Assembly: GCA_964016885.1 (NCBI GenBank)
Contig: OZ024752.1
Location: 48,484,001 to 48,548,000, forward strand
DNA length: 64,000 nt
Reading direction: 5' to 3'
Source of the DNA: Eledone cirrhosa
Lineage: Eukaryota
Shown piece after piece: positions 32,317-46,002 of the stretch; positions within the stretch are counted from its first letter, which is position 1, and each line of letters begins with the position of its first letter. The notes under the pieces were generated by a model that did not search any database, was not told the origin of the DNA, and was given only the letters and a program-made list of their open reading frames with translations. A program made the translations under genes and the position numbers.

Positions 32317-32317
<1 letters not shown>
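31758..32317 (+). mobile_element. Internally deleted RTE-like element (5' UTR-like part plus C-terminal C2H2 finger and short 3' end)
   Basis: 32180-32257 encodes HKCSLCTRVFKSLAGLKSHIRSAHR*; upstream GGAGAAGGAAAACTCTGA motif resembles RTE 5' UTRs; bounded by (TA)n. Confidence 0.6.
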
Positions 32318-32348
<31 letters not shown>

Positions 32349-32471
32349 ATGTATGTATGTGTGTATATGTATGTATATATATATGTGTGTGTGTGTGTAT
32401 ATGTATGTATATATATATATGTATATATATATATGTATGTATGCTTGTGTATGTGTGTATATGTATGTATG

Positions 32472-32504
<33 letters not shown>

Positions 32505-32569
32505 ATGTGTGTATATGTATATATATATATATATATGTATGCTTGTGTATGTGTGTATATGTATGTATC

Positions 32570-32616
<47 letters not shown>

Positions 32617-32974
32617 TTGTGTATATGTATGTATAAATATATATATATATATATATGTGTGTGTGTATGTATGTGCGTATATGTATGTATAAATGTATAT
32701 ATGTGTGTATGTGTGTAAGTATATATGCTTGTGTGTAAGTATATATGCTTGTGTATTTATGTATATATATATATGTATGTATGAATATATGTATGTGTGA
32801 GAGTATGTATATTTGTGTGCATGTATGTAAGTATGTATGTGTGTGTGTAAGTATGAATGTATATGTGTATTTATATATATATATATGTATGTAGAAGGTA
32901 AACAGAAATAACACAATCAGTACAGTATATGGAAGGGATATATTAGGTTAACACTTGATATAGCAGGAAGAGGG

Positions 32975-33010
32975 TCTTAACGTTTCGGATGCTAGTCCTT
33001 CATCAGAAGA
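32975..33010 (-). ncRNA. Minimal hammerhead with palindromic stem III
   Basis: Minus strand TCTT-CTGATGA-A-GGA CTAGCA TCC-GAAA-CG-TT-AAGA; AACGTT is self-complementary. Confidence 0.7.
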
Positions 33011-33715
33011 AAGAATGAGAAATAAGATAGATTGAGGGGACGGGCGGGTTGGAATTGGAAAAAATGTCTTTAGATAAAAATAACAGGTCCATTCATGTTG
33101 ACATCTCTTGCAAAACTATACAACTGGACTACCGACCCTATGAAAAGCCTGATTGTCTCACGAAAGTTAATTCAATAGAGGCTGGAATCTTACTAAATTA
33201 TGGCCGGCCTCATGCCTCGAGTTAAAACAATGTGAAGAGAAGGGCCTTAGTGCCCTGAGAGTCAGTCAAACCATTCTATGGCAGCAGGGTGAAAGCCATG
33301 TAACCCAAGGGCAGCGAATTGATGGAATTATTGGAGGATTGAACAAAATGATTTGTTCCACGTTTCTACCTTCTGACAACCCACTGAGGTCAACTTTGAC
33401 TTTCATCCTTCCAGAGTCAAAGAATAGGGTACCAGTCATATCCTGAGGTAAATTTAATTGAAATTCCTTTTCTCTGAAATGGTTAGACTTAGGCCTAAAA
33501 TCACAGCAGGTACCCATGTGTTGCCATTCACTTACACATTGAATATTTGCTGCCATCCCCTCACATATACACATACCACCTCATCAATGTTCCACCACTA
33601 TTACCACTACCACTACTACTACTACTAATACTACTGCTACTACTACTACTACTACTACTACTACAACATTATAGATTCCTTATGATACCACATACTCCAT
33701 GTTATTGCTATTGTC

Positions 33716-34373
33716 ACATCACACCACACCACACAACACCACACTACACCACAACTCAATACCACACTACACCATACTACATCATACCACACTACACTAC
33801 ACTGTACCACACAACACCACACTACACTACACAATACCATACCACACTACACCACACAACACCACACTACACTACACAATACTACACCACACAACACCAC
33901 ACAACACCACACTACACTACACTACACAATACCACACCACACAATACCACACCACACAATACCACACCACACAACACCACACAACACCACACTACACTAC
34001 ACAATACCACACCACACAACACCACACCTCACAACACCACAAAACACCACACAACACCACACTACACTACACTACACAACACCACACCACACAACACCAC
34101 ACAACACCACACCACACAACACCACACCACACAACACCACACAACACCACACCACACAACACCACACAACACCACACTACATTACACTACACAACACCAC
34201 ACCACACAACACCTCACAACACCACACCACACAATACCACACCTCACAACACCACACCACACAACACCACACCACACCACACTACACTACACTACACAAC
34301 ACCACACCACACCACACCACACCACACCACACTACACTACACTACACAACACCACACCACACCACACCACACC
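33716..34373. repeat. (ACACC/ACACT/ACACA)n pentanucleotide repeat
   Basis: Directly visible; source of the His/Thr ORFs. Confidence 0.9.
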
Positions 34374-34518
34374 ATATCATGCACCATTTACATAGAGATT
34401 GAGGAAAATGTATGTAAACATGATAAGACATATCATATGTGAAATAGGAGAGAAAGCAGGAAGCTGTGACTCTGAATTATATGTATGTATGTTTATATAT
34501 ACATATATATATTATATA

Positions 34519-34631
<113 letters not shown>

Positions 34632-34683
34632 GTGGAAAAATGGACGTAAAAACGATGATGATGATAATATATGTGTATGTATG

Positions 34684-34749
<66 letters not shown>

Positions 34750-34752
34750 CAT

Positions 34753-34867
<115 letters not shown>

Positions 34868-34870
34868 CAT

Positions 34871-34949
<79 letters not shown>

Positions 34950-34958
34950 CATATATAT

Positions 34959-35011
<53 letters not shown>

Positions 35012-35034
35012 CATATATATACACACACACATAC

Positions 35035-35067
<33 letters not shown>

Positions 35068-35493
35068 TATATACCATTGTTTAACATCTATTTTCCCTAG
35101 TTGACACACGTTACACGTTAGACAGTTGCTATGTTATGAGAAAAATCAAGTCAGGTGGCTGCCATCTTGCTAACACAGAGCTGCATTCTGGATAGGTTTC
35201 CATGGCTGTACGCCCTTCCTAATAACGACCATGTTACAGTGAGGACCAAGTGCTTGTTATCGTGGCACTAACATAACTATTTAACAGGAGGTACTGGCTG
35301 CTTTTTGTTGTGTCACCAGCATGACCACTTTACAGAGAGGACACAGCATTGATTTCTAATGTAACCAAGACAACCACCTTATACAATGGAGTGGGTTCTT
35401 TTTCTTTTTCTTGTGTCACCAGCACAACCCCATTACAGGGTGGATTGTGTAACCAACACCACAACCTTAGAGTGTGGACTCCATGCACACACA

Positions 35494-36092
<599 letters not shown>

Positions 36093-36244
36093 AGATATAT
36101 ATATATATATGCAGAGGTTATATTTAATTTGTTGGGATTCAACAAGCATAAACATTTTTATAACTGATATAAAGCACTCAACAGTTTAGTGGAGTAAATA
36201 TACAATATATTAACAAATGGAAACTATATTTATAAAACCATATT

Positions 36245-36310
36245 TATTTTATTATACATATTTCAAGGGCCACCAAGGCAAATTATGGTGTGCTTTCATC
36301 AGATAAAATA
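36245..36310 (-). ncRNA. Type I hammerhead ribozyme (family D, minus arm)
   Basis: Reverse complement of 36423-36488. Confidence 0.82.
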
Positions 36311-36422
36311 CAATACAGATTTATTTTATAAATAAATGTTGACATACCCTGAAAAAAGACAACCTTAATGGTTGGGAGCTTCCTGGATAGTCAATATTTA
36401 TTTATAAAATAAATCTGTATTG

Positions 36423-36488
36423 TATTTTATCTGATGAAAGCACACCATAATTTGCCTTGGTGGCCCTTGAAATATGTATAATAAAATA
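36423..36488 (+). ncRNA. Type I hammerhead ribozyme (family D, plus arm)
   Basis: TATTTTAT-CTGATGA-AAG..CACCA..TGGTG..CTT-GAAA-TATGTA-TA-ATAAAATA; perfect 8-bp stem I. Confidence 0.82.
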
Positions 36489-36533
36489 AATATGGTTTTA
36501 TAAATATAGTTTCCATTTGTTAATATATTGTAC

Positions 36534-36582
<49 letters not shown>

Positions 36583-36803
36583 TACATATATATATATACA
36601 TATATACATACATATATATATATATACATATATACATACATATATGTATATATATATATATACATACATATATACATACATATATATATATATACATATA
36701 TATATACATATATGTATATATATATATACATATATGTATATATATATACACACATATATATATATATACATATATGTACATATATATACTATATACATAT
36801 ATG

Positions 36804-36843
<40 letters not shown>

Positions 36844-36974
36844 CTACATACATATGTATATATATATGTATGTATATATATACATACATATATATATATA
36901 TATATACATACATACATACATATATATATATACATACATATATATATATACATACATACATATATATATATATA

Positions 36975-37008
<34 letters not shown>

Positions 37009-37082
37009 CATACATACATACATACATATATATATATATACATACATACATACATACATATATATACATACATACATATATA

Positions 37083-37134
<52 letters not shown>

Positions 37135-37756
37135 CATACATATATATATATATATATATACATACATACATAGATACATATACACATATATATATATATA
37201 TATACATATATATATAGTATATATATATATATGTATGTATATATATATATATAGAGAGAGAGAGACATATATGTATATATTATATATATGTACATATATG
37301 TATATATATATATATGTGTGTATGTATATATATATATATATATATATACATACATATATATAGTCTTAATATTGGCTTTTCCAGCAAAACTTCTCACCCA
37401 ACATTGAAGCTCTTATCTTGACAATATTTTGACAGCTGCCAATTTTTTTTGTAGGCGTGGGGGGGGGGGACACAATACATAGTAAAACAACAACAACAAC
37501 AACAACAACAACACAATAACTACAAGGAAACAACTGCTGCTTCTGTTGCTGATGGTGTTGATAGGATTAATAATAGTAATGATTTGATGACAATAGCAAT
37601 GATGATGATGGTGATGATGATGATGGTGACGATGATGGTGATGATGGTGATGATGGTGGTGGTGGTGATGATGGTGATGATGATGATGATGATGGTGGTG
37701 GTGACAGTTATGGTGATGATGATGATGATTTGGGTAATAATAATAATATTAACAAT

Positions 37757-37852
37757 AATAATTGTTTCAACTTTAGGCACAAGGCCAGCAATTACCCAAT
37801 ACATTACTGGTACTTTATTTTATCGACCCCGTAAAGATGAAAGGCAAAGTTA
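37757..37852 (-). mobile_element. 5'-truncated SINE S3
   Basis: Reverse complement of the S3 core and tail. Confidence 0.8.
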
Positions 37853-37916
37853 ATCATCAGTGATTTCCTTCAAATGAAACAGTTCTAAACCTGTAGAAGC
37901 CATTTCTATATTAAAC

Positions 37917-37957
<41 letters not shown>

Positions 37958-37981
37958 TTGCATCATAAAATATTTAATAGA

Positions 37982-38069
37982 ACATTACATATGTTTCACT
38001 GTCGATCAGCTCGAGGAACGATCTATTATTGATCGAACCTGACTCTGGAATCGAAAGATCCTCAGATGT
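37982..38069 (-). ncRNA. Minimal hammerhead with long stem II
   Basis: Minus strand ACAT-CTGAGGA-[61 nt with TCGAT/ATCGA and CGATC/GATCG pairs]-GAAA-CATATG-TA-ATGT; palindromic ACATATGT. Confidence 0.7.
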
Positions 38070-38075
38070 GCCTCA

Positions 38076-38142
<67 letters not shown>

Positions 38143-38156
38143 CATATATATCTATA

Positions 38157-38381
38157 TCCAAAATTAAGATAAATTAAATGAATTTAATCCAAATCGAAAT
38201 TGTGGGTGTCATGCAATAACGGCGTGCGCCATATCGCCTGGGAATAAGCTCAAAGATATATCCGAGCATTTTATAATAACTAGAAATTGATTAACATATA
38301 AATATACATGAATAATCACAGGAGATAATTATCTCCTGTGATTATTTATGTATATTTATATGTTAATCAATTTCTAGTTAT
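38157..38381. mobile_element. Tail plus zero-spacer 106-bp palindrome in (TA)n
   Basis: Arms 38276-38328/38329-38381 with one G-T mismatch. Confidence 0.65.
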
Positions 38382-38569
38382 CATATATATATATATATAT
38401 ATATATATGATGATGATGATGATGATGATATATATATATAAGATAAAAATACTTGAGTGCATTAGAGTCAAACACACTCGTCGTATTAGAGAAATGACAG
38501 TATAAGATATAGCTCAATGTTATCCAACAGAGCCGAAAAATTATATAAATATATATATATATATATATG

Positions 38570-38783
38570 CACTGTAAAGTGGTTGTGATGGTGACATGAC
38601 AAAAAGCACCCAACACACACTGTCAATGAGGTTGGCATTAGGAAGGGCATCCAGCTGTAGGAACTAGGCCAAATCTGGTTCTATATGAGCAAGACATGGT
38701 CACCTCACCCAAATTGCCTCTAATGGGACAACCTGTCTAACCCATGCTAGCGTGGAAAATGGACGTTAAATAATGATGATGAT
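38570..38783 (+). mobile_element. SINE 3' half with RTE-type tail
   Basis: GGTTGGCATTAGGAAGGGCATCCAGCTGTAG ... CCCATGCTAGCGTGGAAAATGGACGTTAAA(TGA)n. Confidence 0.8.
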
Positions 38784-40842
38784 GGCGATGGGAGAAAGAT
38801 GAGGGAAAAATGTTTTAGCATGTGCAACATATCTGCAAAATAGTTGTGTGTGTGAGTGTGTAGTGTGTGTGTGTGTGTACGTAGTTAGGTGGAGGCATAG
38901 GGATGTATATAGGGAGGGGGCGTGGAAGAAAGAAGAAGAAGAAGAAAAAGAAGAAAAAGAAGAAGAAAAAGAAGAAGAAAAAGAAGAAGAAAAAGAAGAA
39001 AACGAAGAAGAAGTAAAAGAAGAAGAAAACGAAGAAGAAAAAGAAGAAAACGAAGAAGAAAAAGAAGAAGAAAACGAAGAAGAAGAAAAAGATGAAGAAG
39101 AAGAAGAAAATGAAGAAAAAGAAAAATGAAAACAAAGAAAAAGAAGAAGACAAAGAAGAAGGAGACGAAGAAGAAGAAGAAAAGGAGCAGAGAGTGACCT
39201 TGCTGTTTGCTCCCACAACCTCCCACAGCCCTGGTCCCCACCCCCTCCCCCACTCCTAACACACAAACTACTTCAACTGTAAAATATTCCCTGATTTAAA
39301 AGCTTAACTCACACCCCTCCCTCCACCCCTCGCTTCCATATATCCCTCCCTTCCTGCTTCCCTGCACCCATCCCTCCCTCTCTTCCGTCCCCCTCCTTCC
39401 CTCCCTCCCTCTATATAACAACACCAACAACACCACCATTACTCGGGGCTGACCTGGGGCTAAACAACAATAACAACAACATCACAACCATTACCCAGAG
39501 TTTATCTACAACAACAGCAACAACAACAACAACAACATCCAACATACCAACAACAACAACAACACCATCCAACCTACCAACAACAACAACAACAACACCA
39601 TCCAACCTACCAACAACAACAACAACAACACCATCCAACATACCAACAACAACAACAACAACACCACCCAACCTACCAACAACAACAACAACAACACCAT
39701 CCAACCTACCAACAACAACAACAACAACACCATCCAACCTACCAACAACAACAATCTCATACCTCAATCACTATGTTAGGATTTCACATCAAACGTCACC
39801 ACCACCATCATAACCACCACCACCACCACTACCACCACCATCACTACCCATTACAGCATCATAAACATCACCACCAACACTACTAACACCACCACCATCA
39901 ACACTAACACCACCAACACCACCACACCACCACCATCACCATCAACACTAACACCACCAACATCACCAACACAACCATCCACCACCACCACCCCCACCAC
40001 ACATACCACCATCACCACCACCACCATCACCACCAACACTACCATCACCACCACCACCACCATCACCACCAACACTACCATCACCACCAACACTACCATC
40101 ACCACCATCAACACTAACACCACCACCACCAACACCACCAACACAACCATCCACCACCACCACCACCACCATCACCATCACCACCAACACTACCATCACC
40201 ACCACCACCAACACTACCATCACCACCATCAACACTAACACCATCAACACTAACACCACCACCACCACCACTATCACCACCATCACCACCACACATACCA
40301 CCATCACCACCCCCACTGTCACCCCCACCACTACTGAGTTAGTTAATGCCTTAATAACTTGATGTGTGATTAACATCTCCTAAGAAAAATTATCCAGAGT
40401 ATTTTTTAGAGCGGGGGTGGGGTGGTATGTGGGTGAGGGGTGGGCGAGGGGTGGGTGAGGGGTTTGTGGGATGTGGGTGGGGGTGGGGGTGATGTTAGTG
40501 ATGATGTTTATAACAATGGTGATGATATTGTTGCTTAGTTATATTGGTATGTAATAGTTGTAGTAGTAGTGGTGGTGGTAGTGGTGGCGATAGTAGTAGT
40601 AGTGGTGGTGGTGGTGGTGATAGTAGTGGTGGTGGTGGTGGTGGTGGTGGTGGTGATAGTAGTAGTGGTGATGGTGGTGGTGATAGTAGTAGTGGTGGTG
40701 GTGGTGGTGGTGATAGTAGTAGTAGTGGTAGTGGTGGTGGTGGTGGTGGAATGGTGGAATGTATCGCTGTAGTTGCTGTTTCATCCTTATTGTATTCTTA
40801 TGGGATGGCCAGCAATGGAATGAATATATATATATATATAAA

Positions 40843-41062
40843 TAAGATGGTGTAGGACAGAACAAAGGAGAGACACAAAATAAAAACCCAGTCACTGAGG
40901 AGGTTACAGAATGTGTGACGAAAGAGCTTTGACAATATATATACAACCATCTGGTTATCAAACCAACCAACCAACCAACCAGAAATTTATAATAAATTGA
41001 CGTGAAAACCAACAGGTGCATGTGTTTTTATTGGCAACATGACCCTCCCAAAATATAACAAT
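40843..41062 (+). mobile_element. Hammerhead-bearing element family B, copy 2
   Basis: Homologous to 25572-25825; (TA)n flanks. Confidence 0.75.
40891..40933 (+). ncRNA. Minimal type I hammerhead motif (family B)
   Basis: GTCA-CTGAGGA-G-GTTACA GAATG TGTGAC-GAAA-GAGC-TT-TGAC. Confidence 0.65.
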
Positions 41063-41309
41063 AATATATATATATATATATCAGAAAAGGGAAGTAAGGT
41101 TCAATACAAAACAGTGGATATAGAGAAAAAGGTGAAGTTGGAAATAGCACGGAAAATATATTTTGGGGTCTGTTTTTCCTTTTTTTCCTTTCTTTGATTC
41201 GTCAAAGTGACATTATTGAAAAAATTAGAGGACAATTCTTTTAAAAAAAAGTTTTATAATGTATATAAAGTATAAAAAGTATTACCGGTTTCGATATATT
41301 ATTAAAATC

Positions 41310-41476
41310 CCTCGGCGGGATTTGAACTCAGATCATAGAGTTACCTCCCTGTATGATCTGAGTTCAAATCCCGCCGAGGTTAACTTTGCCTTTCATCCTT
41401 CCGGGTTCGATAGAATAAAGTACCAGTAATGCATTGGGTAATTGTTGGCCTTGTGCCAAAAGTAGAAACAATTATT
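41310..41476 (+). mobile_element. SINE S3 with 5' inverted duplication
   Basis: 28-bp arms 41310-41337/41352-41379; TSD ATTATTAAAAT at 41298-41308 and 41471-41481. Confidence 0.85.
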
Positions 41477-41659
41477 AAAATTCATCTTATCAAATGTGGA
41501 ATATTACAATTAAAAAGAATTAATAGGAAATAAAAACTAAAAATTAAAGATTTAAAATTAAGTGTTGGAGTAAGTTTTCTTCCCACCTTCCTTGCTCAGA
41601 GGTATAATTACAATAGTGACAAAAATAGGGACTTAAGTTTCGCTGGGTTCTGGGTTCAT

Positions 41660-41950
41660 ACTTTTTCACGTTCAGAGTTGCTGAAGCTTGGAACAAACTA
41701 ACAAACTACCCGCATCAGTTGTTAGCTGCCAAAACACTGCATCCTTTAAAACCTCTATGCATCTTGAAATTCGCTAACACTACACCTGATATTCCCCCCC
41801 CCCCCATACACACACACACACAAGCATGCTTGACTCATACACTGTTCACTTTCCTGACATTTGAACATTATTCTATTTACTGTACATGCACATTTGATGA
41901 GTTGTAGTGCACTTGAGCAGTGTACACAATAATTTAATTATTATTATTTA
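41660..41950 (+). pseudogene. CR1/L2-group LINE 3' end with (ATT)n tail
   Basis: FFTFRVAEAWNKL..PASVVSCQNTASFK continues the protein at 12619-13032; 3' UTR fragments also at ~8978-9035, 27918-28027, 48995-49113 and 50583-50640. Confidence 0.85.
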
Positions 41951-42435
41951 TGTCTATACATTTATGTTGTGTTAATGAAGATCTGGTCATTGGATTTGTC
42001 TATTTAATTATTGGCGAAAACAAAATCATTTCTCTTCTTAGCTCTACCAGTAATTACATCTCAGTTGTGTTTGTTTTAACTCTTTTGTGACCATATTTCT
42101 AATTAAAATATACTCTATATTAATTAATTAAAGAAGAATTTTTATAGATTTACTATAATTACTATTTATTTCATTACTAAGATTATAACTTAAACTGTGT
42201 TAAAAGACTTTAAGCTAAATGAGAACTCTTTAAAATTAAAAGTTTTGTCTCATAGCACTAGAGGTGATTTTGGCACATGTCAGAACATGAAGAAGACATA
42301 GCTACCTGCCAAATGTCACAACTAAACATTAAAAATATCATACATACCTGTAGATTAGTCACACTGTAGATAAGTCACACCCTTTCCTTATGAAAATATA
42401 ATGCAGAATTTATGGTGTCACTCTAAGTTACATCG

Positions 42436-43446
42436 GTAGATAAGTCATACGAGGAGGTAAGTCACAGCTGTAGATAAGTCATACCAGGAGGTAAGTCACA
42501 GCTGTAGATAAGTCATACCAGGAGGTAAGTCACAGCTGTAGATAAGTCATACCAGGAGGTAAGTTACACCTGTAGATAAGTCACAGCTGTAGATAAGTCA
42601 CAACTGTAGATAAGTCACAGCTGTAGATAAGTCACAACTGTAGATAAGTCACAGCTGTAGATAAGTCACAGCTGTAGATAAGTCACAGCTGTAGATAAGT
42701 CACAGCTGTAGATAAGTCACAGCTGTAGATAAGTCACAGCTGTAGATAAGTCACAGCTACAGATAAGTCACAGCTGTAGATAAGTCACAGCTGTAGATAA
42801 GTCACAGCTGCAGATAAGTCACAGCTGTAGATAAGCCACAGCTGTAGATAAGTCACAGCTGTAGATAAGTCACAGCTGTAGATAAGTCACAGCTGTAGAT
42901 AAGTCACAGCTGTAGATAAGTCACAGCTACAGATAAGTCACAGCTGTAGATAAGTCACAGCTGTAGATAAGTCACAGCTGTAGATAAGTCACAGCTGTAG
43001 ATAAGTCACAGCTGTAGATAAGTCACAGCTGTAGATAAGTCACAGCTACAGATAAGTCACAGCTGTAGATAAGTCACAGCTGTAGATAAGTCACAGCTGT
43101 AGATAAGTCACAGCTGTAGATAAGCCACAGCTGTAGATAAGTCACAGCTGTAGATAAGTCACAGCTGTAGATAAGTCACAGCTGTAGATAAGTCACAGCT
43201 GTAGATAAGTCACAGCTGTAGATAAGTCACAGCTGTAGATAAGTCACAGCTGTAGATAAGTCAAAGCTGTAGATAAGTCACAGCTGTAGATAAGTCACAG
43301 CTGTAGATAAGTCACAGCTACAGATAAGTCACAGCTGTAGATAAGTCACAGCTGTAGATAAGTCACAGCTGTAGATAAGTCACAGCTGCAGATAAGTCAC
43401 AACTGTAGATAAGTCACAGCTGTAGATAAGTCACAACTGTAGATAA
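42436..43446. repeat. 17-bp minisatellite (CTGTAGATAAGTCACAG)n preceded by 34-bp dimeric units
   Basis: About 50 monomers from ~42570; four diverged 34-bp units at 42436-42570; seed copies at 42348-42380. Confidence 0.95.
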
Positions 43447-43651
43447 GGAATGGCTCTTCCAAAGCATTTCCCTCACCATCCTCTAGGGGGTAAATGTCTT
43501 CTCTATTCTGTCCACCGTGGTTACGGGGGTGGCCAGCACATGGGCCCCTATTTACTCATAATAGTGAGAGACGGTGGGGGAGCAAGTGAGACAGAGGCAG
43601 TGAGGGACTTCTAGAGTACTTTAGACAGTAAAATAATAATAATTTCTTTAA

Positions 43652-44162
43652 CCCTTTGCCATTTACATTACACTATATTTTCTATTGTATTTTCATGGTA
43701 AATGCTTTACCCTCACATAACATTTACATTACTCTATATTTACTATTGTATTTTCATGGTAAATGCTTTACCTCACATAACATTTACATTACACTATATT
43801 TACTATTGTATTTTCATGGTAAATGCTTTACCCTCACATAACATTTACATTACACTATATTTACTATTGTATTTTCATGGTAAATGCTTTACCTCACATA
43901 ACATTTACATTACACTATATTTACTATTGTATTTTCATGGTAAATGCTTTACCCTCACATAACATTTACATTACACTATATTTACTATTGTATTTTCATG
44001 GTAAATGCTTCACCCTCACATAATATCGAATCTATAAAATTTTGATATTATTTTTTTTAGAACAATACTTTAACATCAGTATGAGGGGCTGGTTACAGCT
44101 GGTTTGAACAGAAAGAGGTGAGAGTATTCTGGCCGGATATGGCCGGTTCAAATGCTAAAGGG
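43652..44162. mobile_element. Family M MITE (reverse orientation) with internal 60/61-bp tandem array
   Basis: TTAA|CCCTTT ... AAATGCTAAAGGG|TTAA; six copies of ATTTACATTACACTATATTTACTATTGTATTTTCATGGTAAATGCTTTACC(C)TCACATAAC; extra terminal repeats to ~44211. Confidence 0.9.
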
Positions 44163-44815
44163 TTAAATTCAAAAGGTTTAAATGCAAAAGGGTTAAATGC
44201 AAAAGGGTTAAATATAAGAAAAACAGAGTGGACAATGTGAGAAAGATTTCAAGCTAATTATAAAGTTTTTAATACTTCATTTGAAATTGAGCACTTAAAA
44301 GTTAGAAAGATCTTATATTCTACGAGGAGCTGAGCAATTCTATATCCTATTCCTTAATCAGTGCGATCAAATCAAACAGTGATTGCTATTTTCTAGAAGA
44401 CATTTAATGAATACTTCTGTCTTAAACGAGATAATTACATTTTCAAAACAAATTCTTGCGGCTTTCAGGGTATTTGCTTCCAACCCGTTCTTTTTGGAAA
44501 ATCCTTTCTAAGAAAAGCAATCCTATTTTATATTGAAACAACTCTGAAAACCATTTACTTATTTTATTTATTTATTTTATTTATTTTATTTTATTTATCG
44601 GCTGTTCTTAGTCTTGGTTTTGTTAATTTGTTTGTATGTGTGTATGTTTGTTTCTTTTTGTTTTGTTTAAATTTATTTTCATTTTAATTCCTTATATTAT
44701 ATTATTTTCGTTGTTATTTCTTTTCATTTAATAAAAGGCTGCATTTCTTCTCCCAAAATTCAGAAATGTATGTGTTTGGATGGCAGTGGTGGTGGTGGTG
44801 GTGGTGATGATAGTG

Positions 44816-44847
<32 letters not shown>

Positions 44848-45302
44848 GGTGATGATGATGGTGATGATAGTGTTGTTGTTGGTGTTGTTGTTAGTGGTGT
44901 TGGTAGTGGTGGTGATGTTGGTAGTGATAATGATGTTGATGATGATGATGATGATGATGATGATGTCATAGTGTTGTTGTTATTGTTGTTGTTGTTGGTG
45001 GTGGTGGTGTGGGTGATGGTGATAATAATGTTGATGATGATGATGATGATGATGATGAGGAGGAGGAGGCTGATGTCAACAGTGTTTTTGTTATCGTTGT
45101 TGTTGTGGATAATGATGATGATGTCGACAGTGTTGTTGGTGGTGGTGGTGGTGTTGGTGGTGGTGGTGGTGGTGTTGGTGGTGGTGTTGGTGGTGGTGGT
45201 GGTGGTGTTGGTGGTGGCGGTAGCGGTAATGGTGGTTATTTAGAAAGATAGGAAATGACAGTAAATGGGGAGGAGGAGGAGGAGTAAAAGAGTGAAAGAA
45301 TG

Positions 45303-45359
<57 letters not shown>

Positions 45360-45384
45360 CAGAGAGAGAGAGAGAGACAGAGGC

Positions 45385-45430
<46 letters not shown>

Positions 45431-45618
45431 AGAGAGAGAGAGAGAGAGAGACAGACAGGGAGAGAGACAGAGACAGACAGAGAGAGAGAGACAGAGAGAG
45501 AGAGACAGAGAGAGAGAGACAGAGAGAGAGAGAGACAGAGACAGACAGAGAGAGAGAGAGACAGAGAGAGAGAGACAGAGAGAGAGAGACAAACAGACAG
45601 AGAGAGACAGAGACAGAC

Positions 45619-45661
<43 letters not shown>

Positions 45662-45921
45662 AAAACATGCCACATGCCTGCTCGGTTTCCTTCCTGCTAA
45701 TCTTCTTTAAGCTCGGCACTTTGCTACATTTTAACCACTTACTTAGGTCGAGGTTGTTTTATTATTGAATTAGTTTAGAAAACAAACTCTTTTAATTCTA
45801 GCAACAACCGCTTAAGAACTCACAGAACGGTGCCAGAACCTTAAATGTATTTTGTAAATTATAAGTAAATTGGATAGTGATGCTGATGGTGGTAGTTGAT
45901 ATGTAAAGGAATTGAAATGAT

Positions 45922-46002
<81 letters not shown>

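Larger units (their letters stand above)
36111..36532. mobile_element. Hammerhead-bearing Penelope-like element (family D) with 143-bp inverted arms
   Basis: 90-nt tail, then arms 36201-36343/36390-36532 with a 46-nt spacer; (TA)n flanks. Confidence 0.82.

Noticed and set aside
38926-39129. Glu/Lys-rich ORF resembling an acidic protein tail
   Set aside because: It is a (GAA)n-derived repeat without flanking coding or splice support.
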